This document shows positions 45,708 through 54,398 of a DNA stretch of 64,000 nucleotides, piece by piece; positions within the stretch are counted from its first letter, which is position 1, and each line of letters begins with the position of its first letter. Made by a program: the position numbers and the translations under genes. Source of the DNA: an uncultured Coriobacteriales bacterium (GTDB lineage Bacteria > Actinomycetota > Coriobacteriia > Coriobacteriales > UMGS124); assembly GCA_934636245.1 (NCBI GenBank), contig CAKUAI010000014.1:31258-95257 (forward strand). The letters run 5' to 3'. Below the pieces are notes generated by a model that was not told the DNA's origin, did not search any database, and saw nothing but the letters and a program-made list of their open reading frames with translations.

Positions 45708-46622
45708 ATGACCAGCACGATCAACCCCCGTCTCACTCGCCGCGAACTCGCCTGCGGTGCCGCCCTCGCGAGCGCATGCGCCGTCGCCGGAAATCTCGCA
45801 GTGAAGCCCGCCGGCGCCGACGAGGCCCCGGAGTCCCAGACCACCCAGCAGCGCAACATTGCCAACGCGCTTGCCCTTATCGGCACGTTCGCAAGCGGCG
45901 ACGCCGATCTGGCCGCCACCCTTCTCGATGAGGGCTACATCCAGCACAACCTGGCCTACGGCACGGGTCGCGATGCCTTCGTAGGCTCGGTAGAGTACCT
46001 GGCTGCCGCCGACGCCCCCACGACTGTGAATACCATCCGCTCCTTCGCCGACGGCGACTACGTGTTCCTGCAGACCGTGTACAACTTCGCCGGCGCAGGC
46101 GAGCAGGTGGCCTTCGACATCTTCCGCTTCAACAAGGCCGGCCTCATCGCCGAGCATTGGGACAACCTGGCTTCCGTCGTCGAGCCGAACCCCTCGGGCC
46201 ACACGCAGATCGACGGCACGCTTGAGATCGCCGAGCCGGGCCGCACCGCGCAGAACCGCCAGCTTGTGTGCGACTTCCTCTTCGACGTCATGCAGGGCAA
46301 CAAGCCCGAGAAGACTCCGGACTACTTCGACGGCGACACGTACATCCAGCATAACACCGCTATCGCTGATGGTCTTAGCGGCCTGTCTGACGCGCTTGCA
46401 GCCCTGGCCGAGCAGGGCATCGAAATGATTTACGACCGCACCCACATGGTGCTTGCCCAGGGCGACTTTGTCCTGGCCGTCAGCGAGGGCACCTACGGCG
46501 GCGCCCCCACCAGCTACTATGATCTGTGGCGCGTCTCCAATGGCAAGATTGCCGAGCACTGGGATGTCATGGAGACCATTGCCGATGCTTCTACGTGGGC
46601 AAACGACAACGGCAAGTTCTAA
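45708..46622 (+). CDS. Tat-exported protein with two tandem SnoaL/NTF2-like domains
   Basis: The ORF spans 45558..46622; the ATG at 45708 follows GAAGGAG. The N-terminus is MTSTINPRLTRRELACGAALASACAVAG. Two repeats share a similar core (EGYIQHNLAYGTG...AEHWD and DTYIQHNTAIADG...AEHWD). Confidence 0.7.
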   Translation: MTSTINPRLTRRELACGAALASACAVAGNLAVKPAGADEAPESQTTQQRNIANALALIGTFASGDADLAATLLDEGYIQHNLAYGTGRDAFVGSVEYLAAADAPTTVNTIRSFADGDYVFLQTVYNFAGAGEQVAFDIFRFNKAGLIAEHWDNLASVVEPNPSGHTQIDGTLEIAEPGRTAQNRQLVCDFLFDVMQGNKPEKTPDYFDGDTYIQHNTAIADGLSGLSDALAALAEQGIEMIYDRTHMVLAQGDFVLAVSEGTYGGAPTSYYDLWRVSNGKIAEHWDVMETIADASTWANDNGKF

Positions 46623-46691
46623 GGGTCGCCTTTAACCGTATCAACAAGGCCGTGTGAGCAACCAAACTCGCCGAGCCCATTTCATATGTGA

Positions 46692-47057
46692 GCGCCGCCG
46701 TGGCAATGTATGGGCACGGCGGCGCTTCGCGTTTTGGGTGCGAGTTGGGGCGGGGCGAGGCCACGAGCGGGACCGTGGGGCTGCAATACTCGCCAAATAA
46801 CATACATTTCAGAAAAACGAAAATCGCACCAACTGGGCTTTTGATGAATTAACATACATTTCAACTACTGAAATGTATGTTAATTCTGCCAAGAGACCCC
46901 AAGCGCCCTCGCCCCATGTCCCCTTTTACAGCTCGCTGGCCTCGAAAAGCGCCTTCACCTCGTGCAGGCTCTCGCACACACGCGTGGCAAGGGCGCGAAT
47001 CTCGGGCGTGGGCTGATGCAGGTCGGGAACCATCACGGTCACGAAGCCGCCGGCCGC
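46692..47057. repeat. Right copy of the ~365-bp direct repeat. It includes nested-palindrome element copy C: first motif 46799..46811, then the 17-bp-arm palindrome AATTAACATACATTTCA-ACTAC-TGAAATGTATGTTAATT at 46847..46885.
   Basis: See 41480..41845. The right part overlaps the 3' end of the intact HAD gene. Confidence 0.8.
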
Positions 47058-47579
47058 GCCGGCCCTCACGCCGGCAAAGCTGTCCTCGAGCACAAGCGTG
47101 CACGCAGGATCGCTGCCCAGGCGACGCGCAGCCTCGAGGAAGATGTCAGGCGCTGGCTTGGAGCGCTCAATAAACTGGCCAGACACAACGTGGTCGAAAT
47201 ACGCCTCAACCTCACCGGCACGCAGATCACCCTCGATGATGCCCACGGGGCTCGACGAGGCGACCGCCATGGGGATGCCCTGGGCCTTCAGGTATTCAAG
47301 CAGCTCGTCAAGGCCTGGCTTCTTGGGCACACCCTGGGCAAAGCGCTCGGCGGCAATGCGATAGAACTCGCGGAACACGCCCTCGGCGTCGATGTCCTCC
47401 CCGCAGTGCATGCGAATGGCCGCAATCGTGGCGTCGCCCGTGGTGCCGCAGGCCGCGGCCGGCAGCCCCTCGGGCACCGTGCGCCCGAACTTTGCAAGCG
47501 CGGGCTCCCACAGCGTTTTCCACACGCACTCACTGTCGAACATGAGTCCGTCCATATCAAAAATGACCGCGTCTATCAT
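46926..47579 (-). CDS. HAD-superfamily hydrolase (beta-phosphoglucomutase-like subfamily IA)
   Basis: The ORF spans 46926..47729; the ATG is at 47579. It has the MIDAVIFDMDGLMFDSE DxDG motif, and SSS/K/D motifs further downstream. Confidence 0.82.
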   Translation of the reverse strand: MIDAVIFDMDGLMFDSECVWKTLWEPALAKFGRTVPEGLPAAACGTTGDATIAAIRMHCGEDIDAEGVFREFYRIAAERFAQGVPKKPGLDELLEYLKAQGIPMAVASSSPVGIIEGDLRAGEVEAYFDHVVSGQFIERSKPAPDIFLEAARRLGSDPACTLVLEDSFAGVRAGAAGGFVTVMVPDLHQPTPEIRALATRVCESLHEVKALFEASEL

Positions 47580-47775
47580 CTGCACCGCACGCCTTTCTGC
47601 ATCAATCGAATGTTCGATCGCCAATTCTACCAGCCCCCAACGTCCGCCCTGCAAACCCCAAGTGAAATCACGGGGATAGAGGAGTCGAATCCACATGCAA
47701 ACTTGCAGCATACCTGCTTGACAACTCATCGCAAGGTGCCCGAGTTCTTACCTGTAAAAGCGAGGAGATGCCATC

Positions 47776-48180
47776 TTGTGCATAATGAATATATACATGC
47801 ACCCTGAGGGGAGGCCCCAAATCGAACGACAAGAAACCGCTCACACTATCGAACAAATAAGGCAGCGCCTCGAGCCAGTTTTTGTACAATACGGAGTTGT
47901 CAGAGCGATGCTTTTTGGATCGTACGCAAGAGGTGAGCAATCCGATGCGAGCGATATCGACATTGTCATCGACGAAGGGCGAGTCCGAGGACTTGCATTC
48001 TTTCGTCTTCAAACGGAGCTCTCCGATGCCCTCAACAAGCCAGTTGACCTCCAATCACTCAACGGATCTAACCTGGAGTTTCTCAACGCCATTCTCAAAG
48101 ATGCAGTCTTGATTTACAGCATCGAGAGAGATTCCAGCCCCCACTCCCAGCAAAGGACGCCTAACCATGCTCTTCATTGA
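47776..48180 (+). CDS. Minimal nucleotidyltransferase (MNT/NTP_transf_2-like) domain protein
   Basis: The sequence LFGSYARGEQSDASDIDIVID carries the GS...DxD motif. A TTG start lies 8 nt after GAGGAG. This is a lower-GC segment. The 3' end overlaps the next gene by 14 nt. Confidence 0.7.
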   Translation: MCIMNIYMHPEGRPQIERQETAHTIEQIRQRLEPVFVQYGVVRAMLFGSYARGEQSDASDIDIVIDEGRVRGLAFFRLQTELSDALNKPVDLQSLNGSNLEFLNAILKDAVLIYSIERDSSPHSQQRTPNHALH

Positions 48181-48640
48181 CGCGGATGCTTGCCCTGTTA
48201 CGCGCGACGCGCTGGCGGTTGCCCGGCGCTGCCATGTGCCCGTCGTCATAGCCGGCAACTCGACGCAGAACCTCGAGCGGCACATCCGCCGCGATGACCC
48301 CCGCACGCCTGAAGAGGCCCGCAAGGGGTTCTGGGTGGAAACGCTCGCCGTCGATGTGGGTGCCGACAGTGCCGACTTCGCCATCGTCGAGCGCCTGCAG
48401 CCCGGCGACGTTGTCGTCACGCAGGACATCGGCCTTGCAAGCATGGTGCTGGGCCGCGATGCCGCCGCCATCGGCGTGCGAGGCCGCATCTACGACAAGG
48501 CAACCATCGACATACAGCTCTTCATTCGCCATGAGGAGAAGAAGGTCCGTCGCGCCGGCGGCCGCACCAAAGGCCCCGACCCCTTCACCGACGAGGACCG
48601 CGCCCGCTTCGTCCGCAATCTCGAGGGGCTGCTGAAGTAG
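48167..48640 (+). CDS. YaiI/YqxD-family protein (DUF188, UPF0178)
   Basis: MLFIDADACPVTRDAL...GDVVVTQDIGLASMVLGRDAAAIGVRGRIY resembles E. coli YaiI (IWVDADACP...DLVITADIPLAA). Confidence 0.8.
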   Translation: MLFIDADACPVTRDALAVARRCHVPVVIAGNSTQNLERHIRRDDPRTPEEARKGFWVETLAVDVGADSADFAIVERLQPGDVVVTQDIGLASMVLGRDAAAIGVRGRIYDKATIDIQLFIRHEEKKVRRAGGRTKGPDPFTDEDRARFVRNLEGLLK

Positions 48641-49066
48641 GCCGCCCAAACTAGCCGCGCATACGCAGCATGCAATTTGAGATACAGCCCGCCGGCAACC
48701 GAAGCGAGCACCCCATGCCAGGGCGCAGCCTTCGTTCAACTCCAACACTCTGCGTGACCTTCCCACGTGCGCTCCCACAGTTGTCGTTGCACACGCCGCA
48801 GCCGTCAAGCAGGATGGCCCCCGCACGTGCGTGCTCGCACGCCACCTACAGCCGCCCCCGTTTCCCACGTCTGACATGCTCTCGCAAATCACCGAGCATC
48901 AACCTGCCATCTGCGCGAAACCGTGCTTCCATTGCATTGCACCTGGTTAAGAGTGTCGTTAACCGGTGTTACCAATTGCTTAACAGCACTGGGCCCATGA
49001 GGGTTCCTCCCCTATCCTTCACCTCGTTCCACACGCCCAAGCACCACCGACCCCCAGGAGGACCCC

Positions 49067-50224
49067 ATGGAAACCACCCGCAGGACGTTCGTTGTAGGCA
49101 CCGCAGCAGCTGGCATCGCACTCGCAGCCGCAGGCACCGCCTTTGCCGAAGAGGCCAAGACCGATGAAGCCGCAGCCCAGACCGAAGGCGACGGCTACAG
49201 CGTCGTCGAGACCGAGTCGGGGTTGCAGGTAACCATCGCCGACAACGAGAACCCCGACCTGCCCACCGTCGTCGTGCTCGCCACGGGCGGCACCATCGCG
49301 GGAACCGGCGAGGCAGGCAAGACCACGGGCTACTCCGCCGGCCAGCTCGACGTCGGCACGCTTGTGGCCAGCGCCGCCGGCATTACCGACATCGCCAACG
49401 TCCGCGGTGTGCAGGTGTGCAACGTCGGCTCCGACGACATCACCGACGCTTACTGGATCCAGATGGCGCAGACCATCAACGAGCTTGCTGCCGACGACGC
49501 CATCTCCGGCTTCGCCATCACCCATGGCACCGACACGCTTGAGGAGACGGCCTACTTCCTCAACCTGGCCGTAAAGACCGACAAGCCTGTCGTCATCACC
49601 GGCGCCATGCGCCCCTCCACCGCCACCTCGGCCGACGGCCCCATGAACCTCTACCAGACCATCGCCCTGGCCGCCAACCCCGACGCCGCCGGCCGCGGCT
49701 CCATGGTCGTCTTCTCCGACGGCATCTATGGCGGCCGCGACGTGCAGAAGGTCAACACTTTCAAAACCGATGCCTTCAGCATGCGCGACATGGGTTGCCT
49801 TGGCTACATGCAGGACAACAACGCTTACTTCTACAACGCCACCACCAAGAAGCACACGGTGGACACCGAGTTCTCCGTGGACGGCCTCGACGCGCTGCCC
49901 GCCGTGGGCGTGGCCTACTTCACCATCGATGCCGACCCCGGCGTGCTCGACTACTATGCCGAGAACGCCCAGGGCATCGTCATCGCAGGTGCTGGCGCTG
50001 GCTCCTACTCTGGCCTGTGGGGCGAGAAGATCGAGGAGCTCGTGGGCCAGGGCATCCCCGTGGTTGACTGCTCGCGCATCAACAACGGCCTCGTGTCCGG
50101 CGAAGACGGCGGCATGATCGAGGGCTACAACCTGCCTCCCCAGAAGGCCGTCGTGCTGCTGCGTCTTGCCCTCACCGTCACCACCGACCTCGACGAGATC
50201 CAGGAGATGTTCAAGACGTACTAA
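49067..50224 (+). CDS. ansB: Type II L-asparaginase with a twin-arginine signal peptide
   Basis: The N-terminus is METTRRTFVVGTAAAGIALAAAGTAFA. Motifs: VVVLATGGTIAG and ITHGTDTLEETAYFLNL. Confidence 0.88.
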   Translation: METTRRTFVVGTAAAGIALAAAGTAFAEEAKTDEAAAQTEGDGYSVVETESGLQVTIADNENPDLPTVVVLATGGTIAGTGEAGKTTGYSAGQLDVGTLVASAAGITDIANVRGVQVCNVGSDDITDAYWIQMAQTINELAADDAISGFAITHGTDTLEETAYFLNLAVKTDKPVVITGAMRPSTATSADGPMNLYQTIALAANPDAAGRGSMVVFSDGIYGGRDVQKVNTFKTDAFSMRDMGCLGYMQDNNAYFYNATTKKHTVDTEFSVDGLDALPAVGVAYFTIDADPGVLDYYAENAQGIVIAGAGAGSYSGLWGEKIEELVGQGIPVVDCSRINNGLVSGEDGGMIEGYNLPPQKAVVLLRLALTVTTDLDEIQEMFKTY

Positions 50225-50276
50225 ACGTCCAGCGAGGCCCAACCCAACACAGCTCCGCTCAATACGTTGCACCACC

Positions 50277-50324
50277 GTGCCTCCAGCCCTCCCCCCACAG
50301 GCTGGAGGCACGTTTGTTGTTTTC
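50277..50324 (+). terminator. Rho-independent terminator GTGCCTCCAGCC-N11-GGCTGGAGGCAC followed by GTTTGTTGTTTT
   Basis: A perfect 12-bp stem and a T-rich tail, 53 nt after the ansB stop. Confidence 0.8.
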
Positions 50325-50536
50325 CAGCCGCGCCTGCCCATTGCATGCAACCCCAGCCCGGGGCGAACCTCGCATCACAACGCAGGCCCGCTCGGGCCCC
50401 TCGCATGCAAAAGCGCCCGCCCGCCCCACAGGGAACGGACGGGCGCTTGTTCGCGGGCGCCTATGCGCTCAGTGCTCAGCCCACATAGTCGGCCTCAAAC
50501 CAGCTCGGGACGGTACCGCGCAAAGGTTGGAACGCT

Positions 50537-51034
50537 CTATCGGCGAGAATCGCGCAACCAGTCGTACGCCAGGCGGGCAGACCCGTCTTCGACGTGGATG
50601 ATGCCACGCTGCTCGAAGCCGAACTTGAGAATGGCTCCCTGCATGGGGCGGTTGTCGGCATGCGTGTCAATCCTCAGATGCGGAATCTGAGCGGCGCAGA
50701 AATCGAAGCACGCACGAGCGACACCTCGAACCGTGCCGTCGGAGGCAATGCGGTGAATTGTGCCGTACGGCTCCTCGCTGCGCCAGGAGCCGTCCTCAAT
50801 CACCTGGTAGGTAGGCTCTTCTCCTACAATGAAGGCAAACGCGCCCACCACACGGCCGCCCTCTTCGCATACGTAGCCCACGCCATCTGCAACGTCGGCA
50901 CGTGCCGTATCGGCGTTGGGATATTCTCCAGCCCACTGCGTGGGGTTTCCCTGCTCACACATGAAGATACGGGCCCTGTCATAGATGGCGGCCACCGCGT
51001 CGATATCGGCAAGCGTGGTCTTTCGAATTTGCAT
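50537..51034 (-). CDS. GNAT-family N-acetyltransferase
   Basis: The ORF spans 50537..51079; the ATG is at 51034. The N-terminus is MQIRKTTLADIDAVAAIYDRA. The acetyl-CoA-binding-like segment reads RGVARACFDFCAAQ. ~165 aa. Confidence 0.75.
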   Translation of the reverse strand: MQIRKTTLADIDAVAAIYDRARIFMCEQGNPTQWAGEYPNADTARADVADGVGYVCEEGGRVVGAFAFIVGEEPTYQVIEDGSWRSEEPYGTIHRIASDGTVRGVARACFDFCAAQIPHLRIDTHADNRPMQGAILKFGFEQRGIIHVEDGSARLAYDWLRDSRR

Positions 51035-51102
51035 GCAGTCTCCAGACGTTAAAAGCCGATGCACCCTTCCGGGACACATCGTATTGAAAATACCCTACCT
51101 TA

Positions 51103-51131
51103 CCTCTACCAGCTCGTACTCGCGGCTGCCG
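51103..51131. repeat. 29-bp perfect direct repeat CCTCTACCAGCTCGTACTCGCGGCTGCCG, copy 1 (partner 52787..52815)
   Basis: Exact match read from the sequence. An imperfect extension runs ~15 nt to the left (AAATACCCTACCTTA versus AAATCCCCTACTCGA). Confidence 0.85.
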
Positions 51132-51439
51132 GCGCACTGTCCACCGCTTTTGCCAGGCCGAGCAAGATGGCGGCAGGGGCGAGTCGACGTGCGCGGCGAG
51201 CACGAGGGGACTTTCTTGCCCGCCCAGCTCAACCAACGTGTTGCCTTTACGCGGAAGCTGCGGCCCAGAGCCCATGCCCTCAAGCGTGGCGCACACACGC
51301 GGCGGCCTGCCTGATAAAACCCGAGGGCCCGGGATGGCCGTGAGTTCCTTCAGCTACGAGCAGATGTGATCGACAATCGATTGTATACAATTCCTCTATT
51401 CCAATCTAATTCCCAAGACAAAACATCAATAGCCCGACC

Positions 51440-52594
51440 CTAAAAACCCCACTGCTGAGCTAGGGCGGCTTCACTTTCCTTCGGGTGAGTCTCCAACATA
51501 TAAGCTTGCAAATATGGGACGTTAAACATGAGCTCGCCATATCCGGTACTCACAACAAGGCCCTCGCGTATCAGCTCGTCACGAGCGAAACTCGTAGCCT
51601 TCTGCGTCTTGGAAAGGGCCCCTGCAACATCACGCGTACGAACGGTACGGTCCGCCTGCACGACTTTTGCCATTGCACTTAGATACTCGCTGGAAGAAGG
51701 CGGCAATGCCTCCACAATAGGCCGGAGCGCCCGCCGCTCATAGGCCGCCAAAATAGCAGGAAAAGCTTGTTCTACGTCTGCTTGCAAAATTGTATAGGAG
51801 CCATGCGCCACCTTCTCGTTCGCCAAGGCGACAAGGTAATAACCGGCAAGTTGGATAAAGTACGGATGCCCATAGCTTCTCGAAACAAGCAGGTCATGAG
51901 CTTGGTCAGACAAAGCCAAACCTTTTGTCCTGGAGAATGCCTCAGCTATTGCAGCACTCGCCTCCTGCGGAGCAAAGACCCCCAAGCGCTCGTGCACCGC
52001 CCGACGCATGAACGTGCACCCCTCGTATTGAATAACTTTCTCATGAGCATACGGCAGGCCCGCAACCGCGAGAATGATGTTGAATCCCTTGCGCGAGGCC
52101 ATTTGAAACGCACCGCATATAACAGACAGGTCTTGCAGAGAAATCTTTTGAATCTCATCAACTGAGACGAAAACGCCCTTCTTTGACTGCCTGCATGCCT
52201 CAAGAAACAGCACCTCGACGTCATCGATACTGTTCACAACCGTTTTGGATGACGCAGGGCCACTGATATGCCCGCCACTGCCAAAAACGTTGACCTCAAT
52301 CTCAGGGCTCATAGTCTTGGTAGCCGAGTCATGGCGCACAAGCCCGCGCGTAAAACCGACAAGCGCCTTCTCGGCGTTGAGATCGATAGTCTGCCAACCC
52401 GCCTCAGTCGCCATTTGGGAAAACTGTTCAAGGAGCGCCGTCTTGCCGCACCCGCGGTTGCCTGTGATAAAGAGCGCACGATCTTCGCTCCCCCGGTCAA
52501 CAAGGGCAAACGCAAACCGATTGAGCAGCTCCTTGCGTCCAAAAAAGAAGTCAGGCTTGCCGCCGAATACCGGAACAAAAGGATTCTCAAACAT
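51440..52594 (-). CDS. AAA/ORC-Cdc6-like ATPase (ATPase_2-type) with a probable C-terminal winged-helix domain
   Basis: Walker A is ITGNRGCGKTALLEQF. The Walker B-like segment is VFVSVDEIQ. The C-terminal ~80 aa resemble a wHTH. The gene and its flanks have distinctly lower GC by eye. Confidence 0.7.
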   Translation of the reverse strand: MFENPFVPVFGGKPDFFFGRKELLNRFAFALVDRGSEDRALFITGNRGCGKTALLEQFSQMATEAGWQTIDLNAEKALVGFTRGLVRHDSATKTMSPEIEVNVFGSGGHISGPASSKTVVNSIDDVEVLFLEACRQSKKGVFVSVDEIQKISLQDLSVICGAFQMASRKGFNIILAVAGLPYAHEKVIQYEGCTFMRRAVHERLGVFAPQEASAAIAEAFSRTKGLALSDQAHDLLVSRSYGHPYFIQLAGYYLVALANEKVAHGSYTILQADVEQAFPAILAAYERRALRPIVEALPPSSSEYLSAMAKVVQADRTVRTRDVAGALSKTQKATSFARDELIREGLVVSTGYGELMFNVPYLQAYMLETHPKESEAALAQQWGF

Positions 52595-52738
52595 GATGTC
52601 TCCTCACTACATGCAGTCCGGTAAACATCATATCCTAAAATCTTAGAAATCTAAAGAATCTAGTTTGTCTTAGAAATTGAGACAAGTCTAAGATGATGTT
52701 CTGGAGGCAAAAACTCTCGTGAGTCCAGCGAAAACATT

Positions 52739-52767
52739 GGGCCCCCGGGAGACTATCCCGGGGGCCC
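52739..52767 (-). terminator. Hairpin GGGCCCCCGGGA-GACTA-TCCCGGGGGCCC downstream of the DUF362 gene
   Basis: A perfect 12-bp stem 12 nt after the stop at 52779. The minus strand continues AATGTTTTCG. Confidence 0.7.
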
Positions 52768-52778
52768 ATGTAAATCCC

Positions 52779-53660
52779 CTACTCGACCTCTACCAGCTCG
52801 TACTCGCGGCTGCCGACGCCGAGGGCCGCGGCGGCTTCGACGGTATGGACACCGTTGCGGCTCTCGATGCGCTCGATGAGGTGGTCGCGGCCGGGGTCGT
52901 CCGTGGCGGCATAGACAAGGTCGAGGCACGCCTGGTCGATGGCGACGGGGTCGGTGGACACCAGGATGCCGATGTCGGCCATGCAGGGGTCCTCGGCGAC
53001 GGCACAGCAGTCGCAGTCGACCGACATGTTCTTCATGACGTTGACGTAGGCGATGCCGCCGCGCTGGGCGAAGAAGTCGACAACCGAGCTTGCCGCATCG
53101 GCCATGGACTCGAGGAACTGGTCGTGGTCGGCCGTCCAGATGTTCTCGGGCACCGTGACGCCGTGGATGTATGCCTTGCCGTACGAGGAGGCAACACCGA
53201 TGGAGAGCTGCTTGAGGGCGCCGCCGAAGCCTCCCATGGGATGGCCCTTGAAGTGCGAGAGCACCAGCATCGAATCGTACCTGGCCAGGTTCTTGCCCAC
53301 AAAGTTCTTCTTGAGACGCAGGCCGCCAGGGATGGGCAGTTCAAGGTCGGGACCCTCGGCATCCATGAGGTCGACGTCGAAGTAGTCGTTCCACCCATGC
53401 TGGGCAATCGCGCGCAGGTGCTTCTCGGTCGTGTTGCGCTCGCCGTCGTAGGCGGTGTTGCACTCCACGACCGTGCCGTGCAGCTGGGCAACCATCGGAG
53501 CCCAGAAATCGGGATGCAGGAAGTTCTGGTTGCCCACCTCGCCGGAGTGAACCTTGACGGCAACCTTACCGGGCAGCTCAACGCCCAGCATGCCATAGAG
53601 TTCCACGACCTTCTCAGGCGTAATGGTACGGGAGAAATACACCTTGGGTTTGTCGGCCAT
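52779..53660 (-). CDS. DUF362-domain protein
   Basis: The ORF spans 52779..53708; the ATG at 53660 follows AAAGGGG. The sequence MADKPKVYFSRTITPEKVVELY...VKVHSGEVGNQNFL...CDCCAV is typical of DUF362. No attached ferredoxin domain was seen. Confidence 0.7.
   Translation of the reverse strand: MADKPKVYFSRTITPEKVVELYGMLGVELPGKVAVKVHSGEVGNQNFLHPDFWAPMVAQLHGTVVECNTAYDGERNTTEKHLRAIAQHGWNDYFDVDLMDAEGPDLELPIPGGLRLKKNFVGKNLARYDSMLVLSHFKGHPMGGFGGALKQLSIGVASSYGKAYIHGVTVPENIWTADHDQFLESMADAASSVVDFFAQRGGIAYVNVMKNMSVDCDCCAVAEDPCMADIGILVSTDPVAIDQACLDLVYAATDDPGRDHLIERIESRNGVHTVEAAAALGVGSREYELVEVE
52787..52815. repeat. 29-bp perfect direct repeat, copy 2, lying inside the 3' end of the DUF362 gene
   Basis: Identical to 51103..51131. 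It encodes ...GSREYELVEV. Confidence 0.85.
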
Positions 53661-53789
53661 GACTGACCCCTTTCGTTCGATACGCAAAAGCAGCTCGATA
53701 TCGCTCACTGCAACTGGTCGCGATTGTACCGTCAGAGTTTGCCGTGTCGAAAGTCCGCGCTTTCAAATTCACGTCAAATACCAGGCATT

Positions 53790-54398
53790 CTACTGCACGA
53801 ACAAGCCGAGAATATCCTCGACGGTTTTCGGCGTGGGCCCAACCTCGCAAATCTCGTTGTTCCAGGCAGGGCCAAACACCATGCGGGCACGCGGCACGAG
53901 CCAGTCACGCACAACAATGAGGGCATGCGGCCAGCCAGGCCTGGGCCCCCGCGCCACGAGGTTCACTGCCTCCGTCAGGCCCAAGCCCCCGCGCTCAAGC
54001 TCAAGGCGACCGAGCTCATCCACCACAAGCAGGCCCGGACGAGCGGGGGGCTCACCGGACGCAAGCCCCGCGAAGTGGGCGTTCACCCGCTCGATCGCCT
54101 CATCGGAAAACGCCCAGGCAAGCTTCATGTCGACAGGCATGCCCTGAAGCTCCATCTTGCTCGTCTCGCCTGAGGCCAGGTCGCGGCGGCGCGCAAACGG
54201 CACCACTTCACCGCTTGGCAGCATGACGTTGTCGATGCCAAGCTTCTCAAAACCGTTCGGCTTGTCGGGGTTGGGCTTCCAGACGCCTGGGGCCAAGACG
54301 CCCTCCAGCGGCACGCCCTTCTTCTGCATCTCGTCAATAAACCCCTGCAACCAGCGGGTTTTACCTGTCTGGATCTCTCCGGTCAAGATGTACAACAT
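53790..54398 (-). CDS. P-loop NTPase (THEP1/DUF2478-like)
   Basis: Walker A is MLYILTGEIQTGKTRWL. The Walker B-like segment is LLVVDELGRLE. ~200 aa. Confidence 0.55.
   Translation of the reverse strand: MLYILTGEIQTGKTRWLQGFIDEMQKKGVPLEGVLAPGVWKPNPDKPNGFEKLGIDNVMLPSGEVVPFARRRDLASGETSKMELQGMPVDMKLAWAFSDEAIERVNAHFAGLASGEPPARPGLLVVDELGRLELERGGLGLTEAVNLVARGPRPGWPHALIVVRDWLVPRARMVFGPAWNNEICEVGPTPKTVEDILGLFVQ

Noticed and set aside
51095-51298. ORF 51095..51298(-), ending …GSREYELVEVR, as a second DUF362 gene
   Set aside because: Only the last ~10 codons (the 29-bp repeat) match DUF362. The rest is unrelated and Arg/Ser/Pro-rich. It is treated as a repeat footprint, not a gene.
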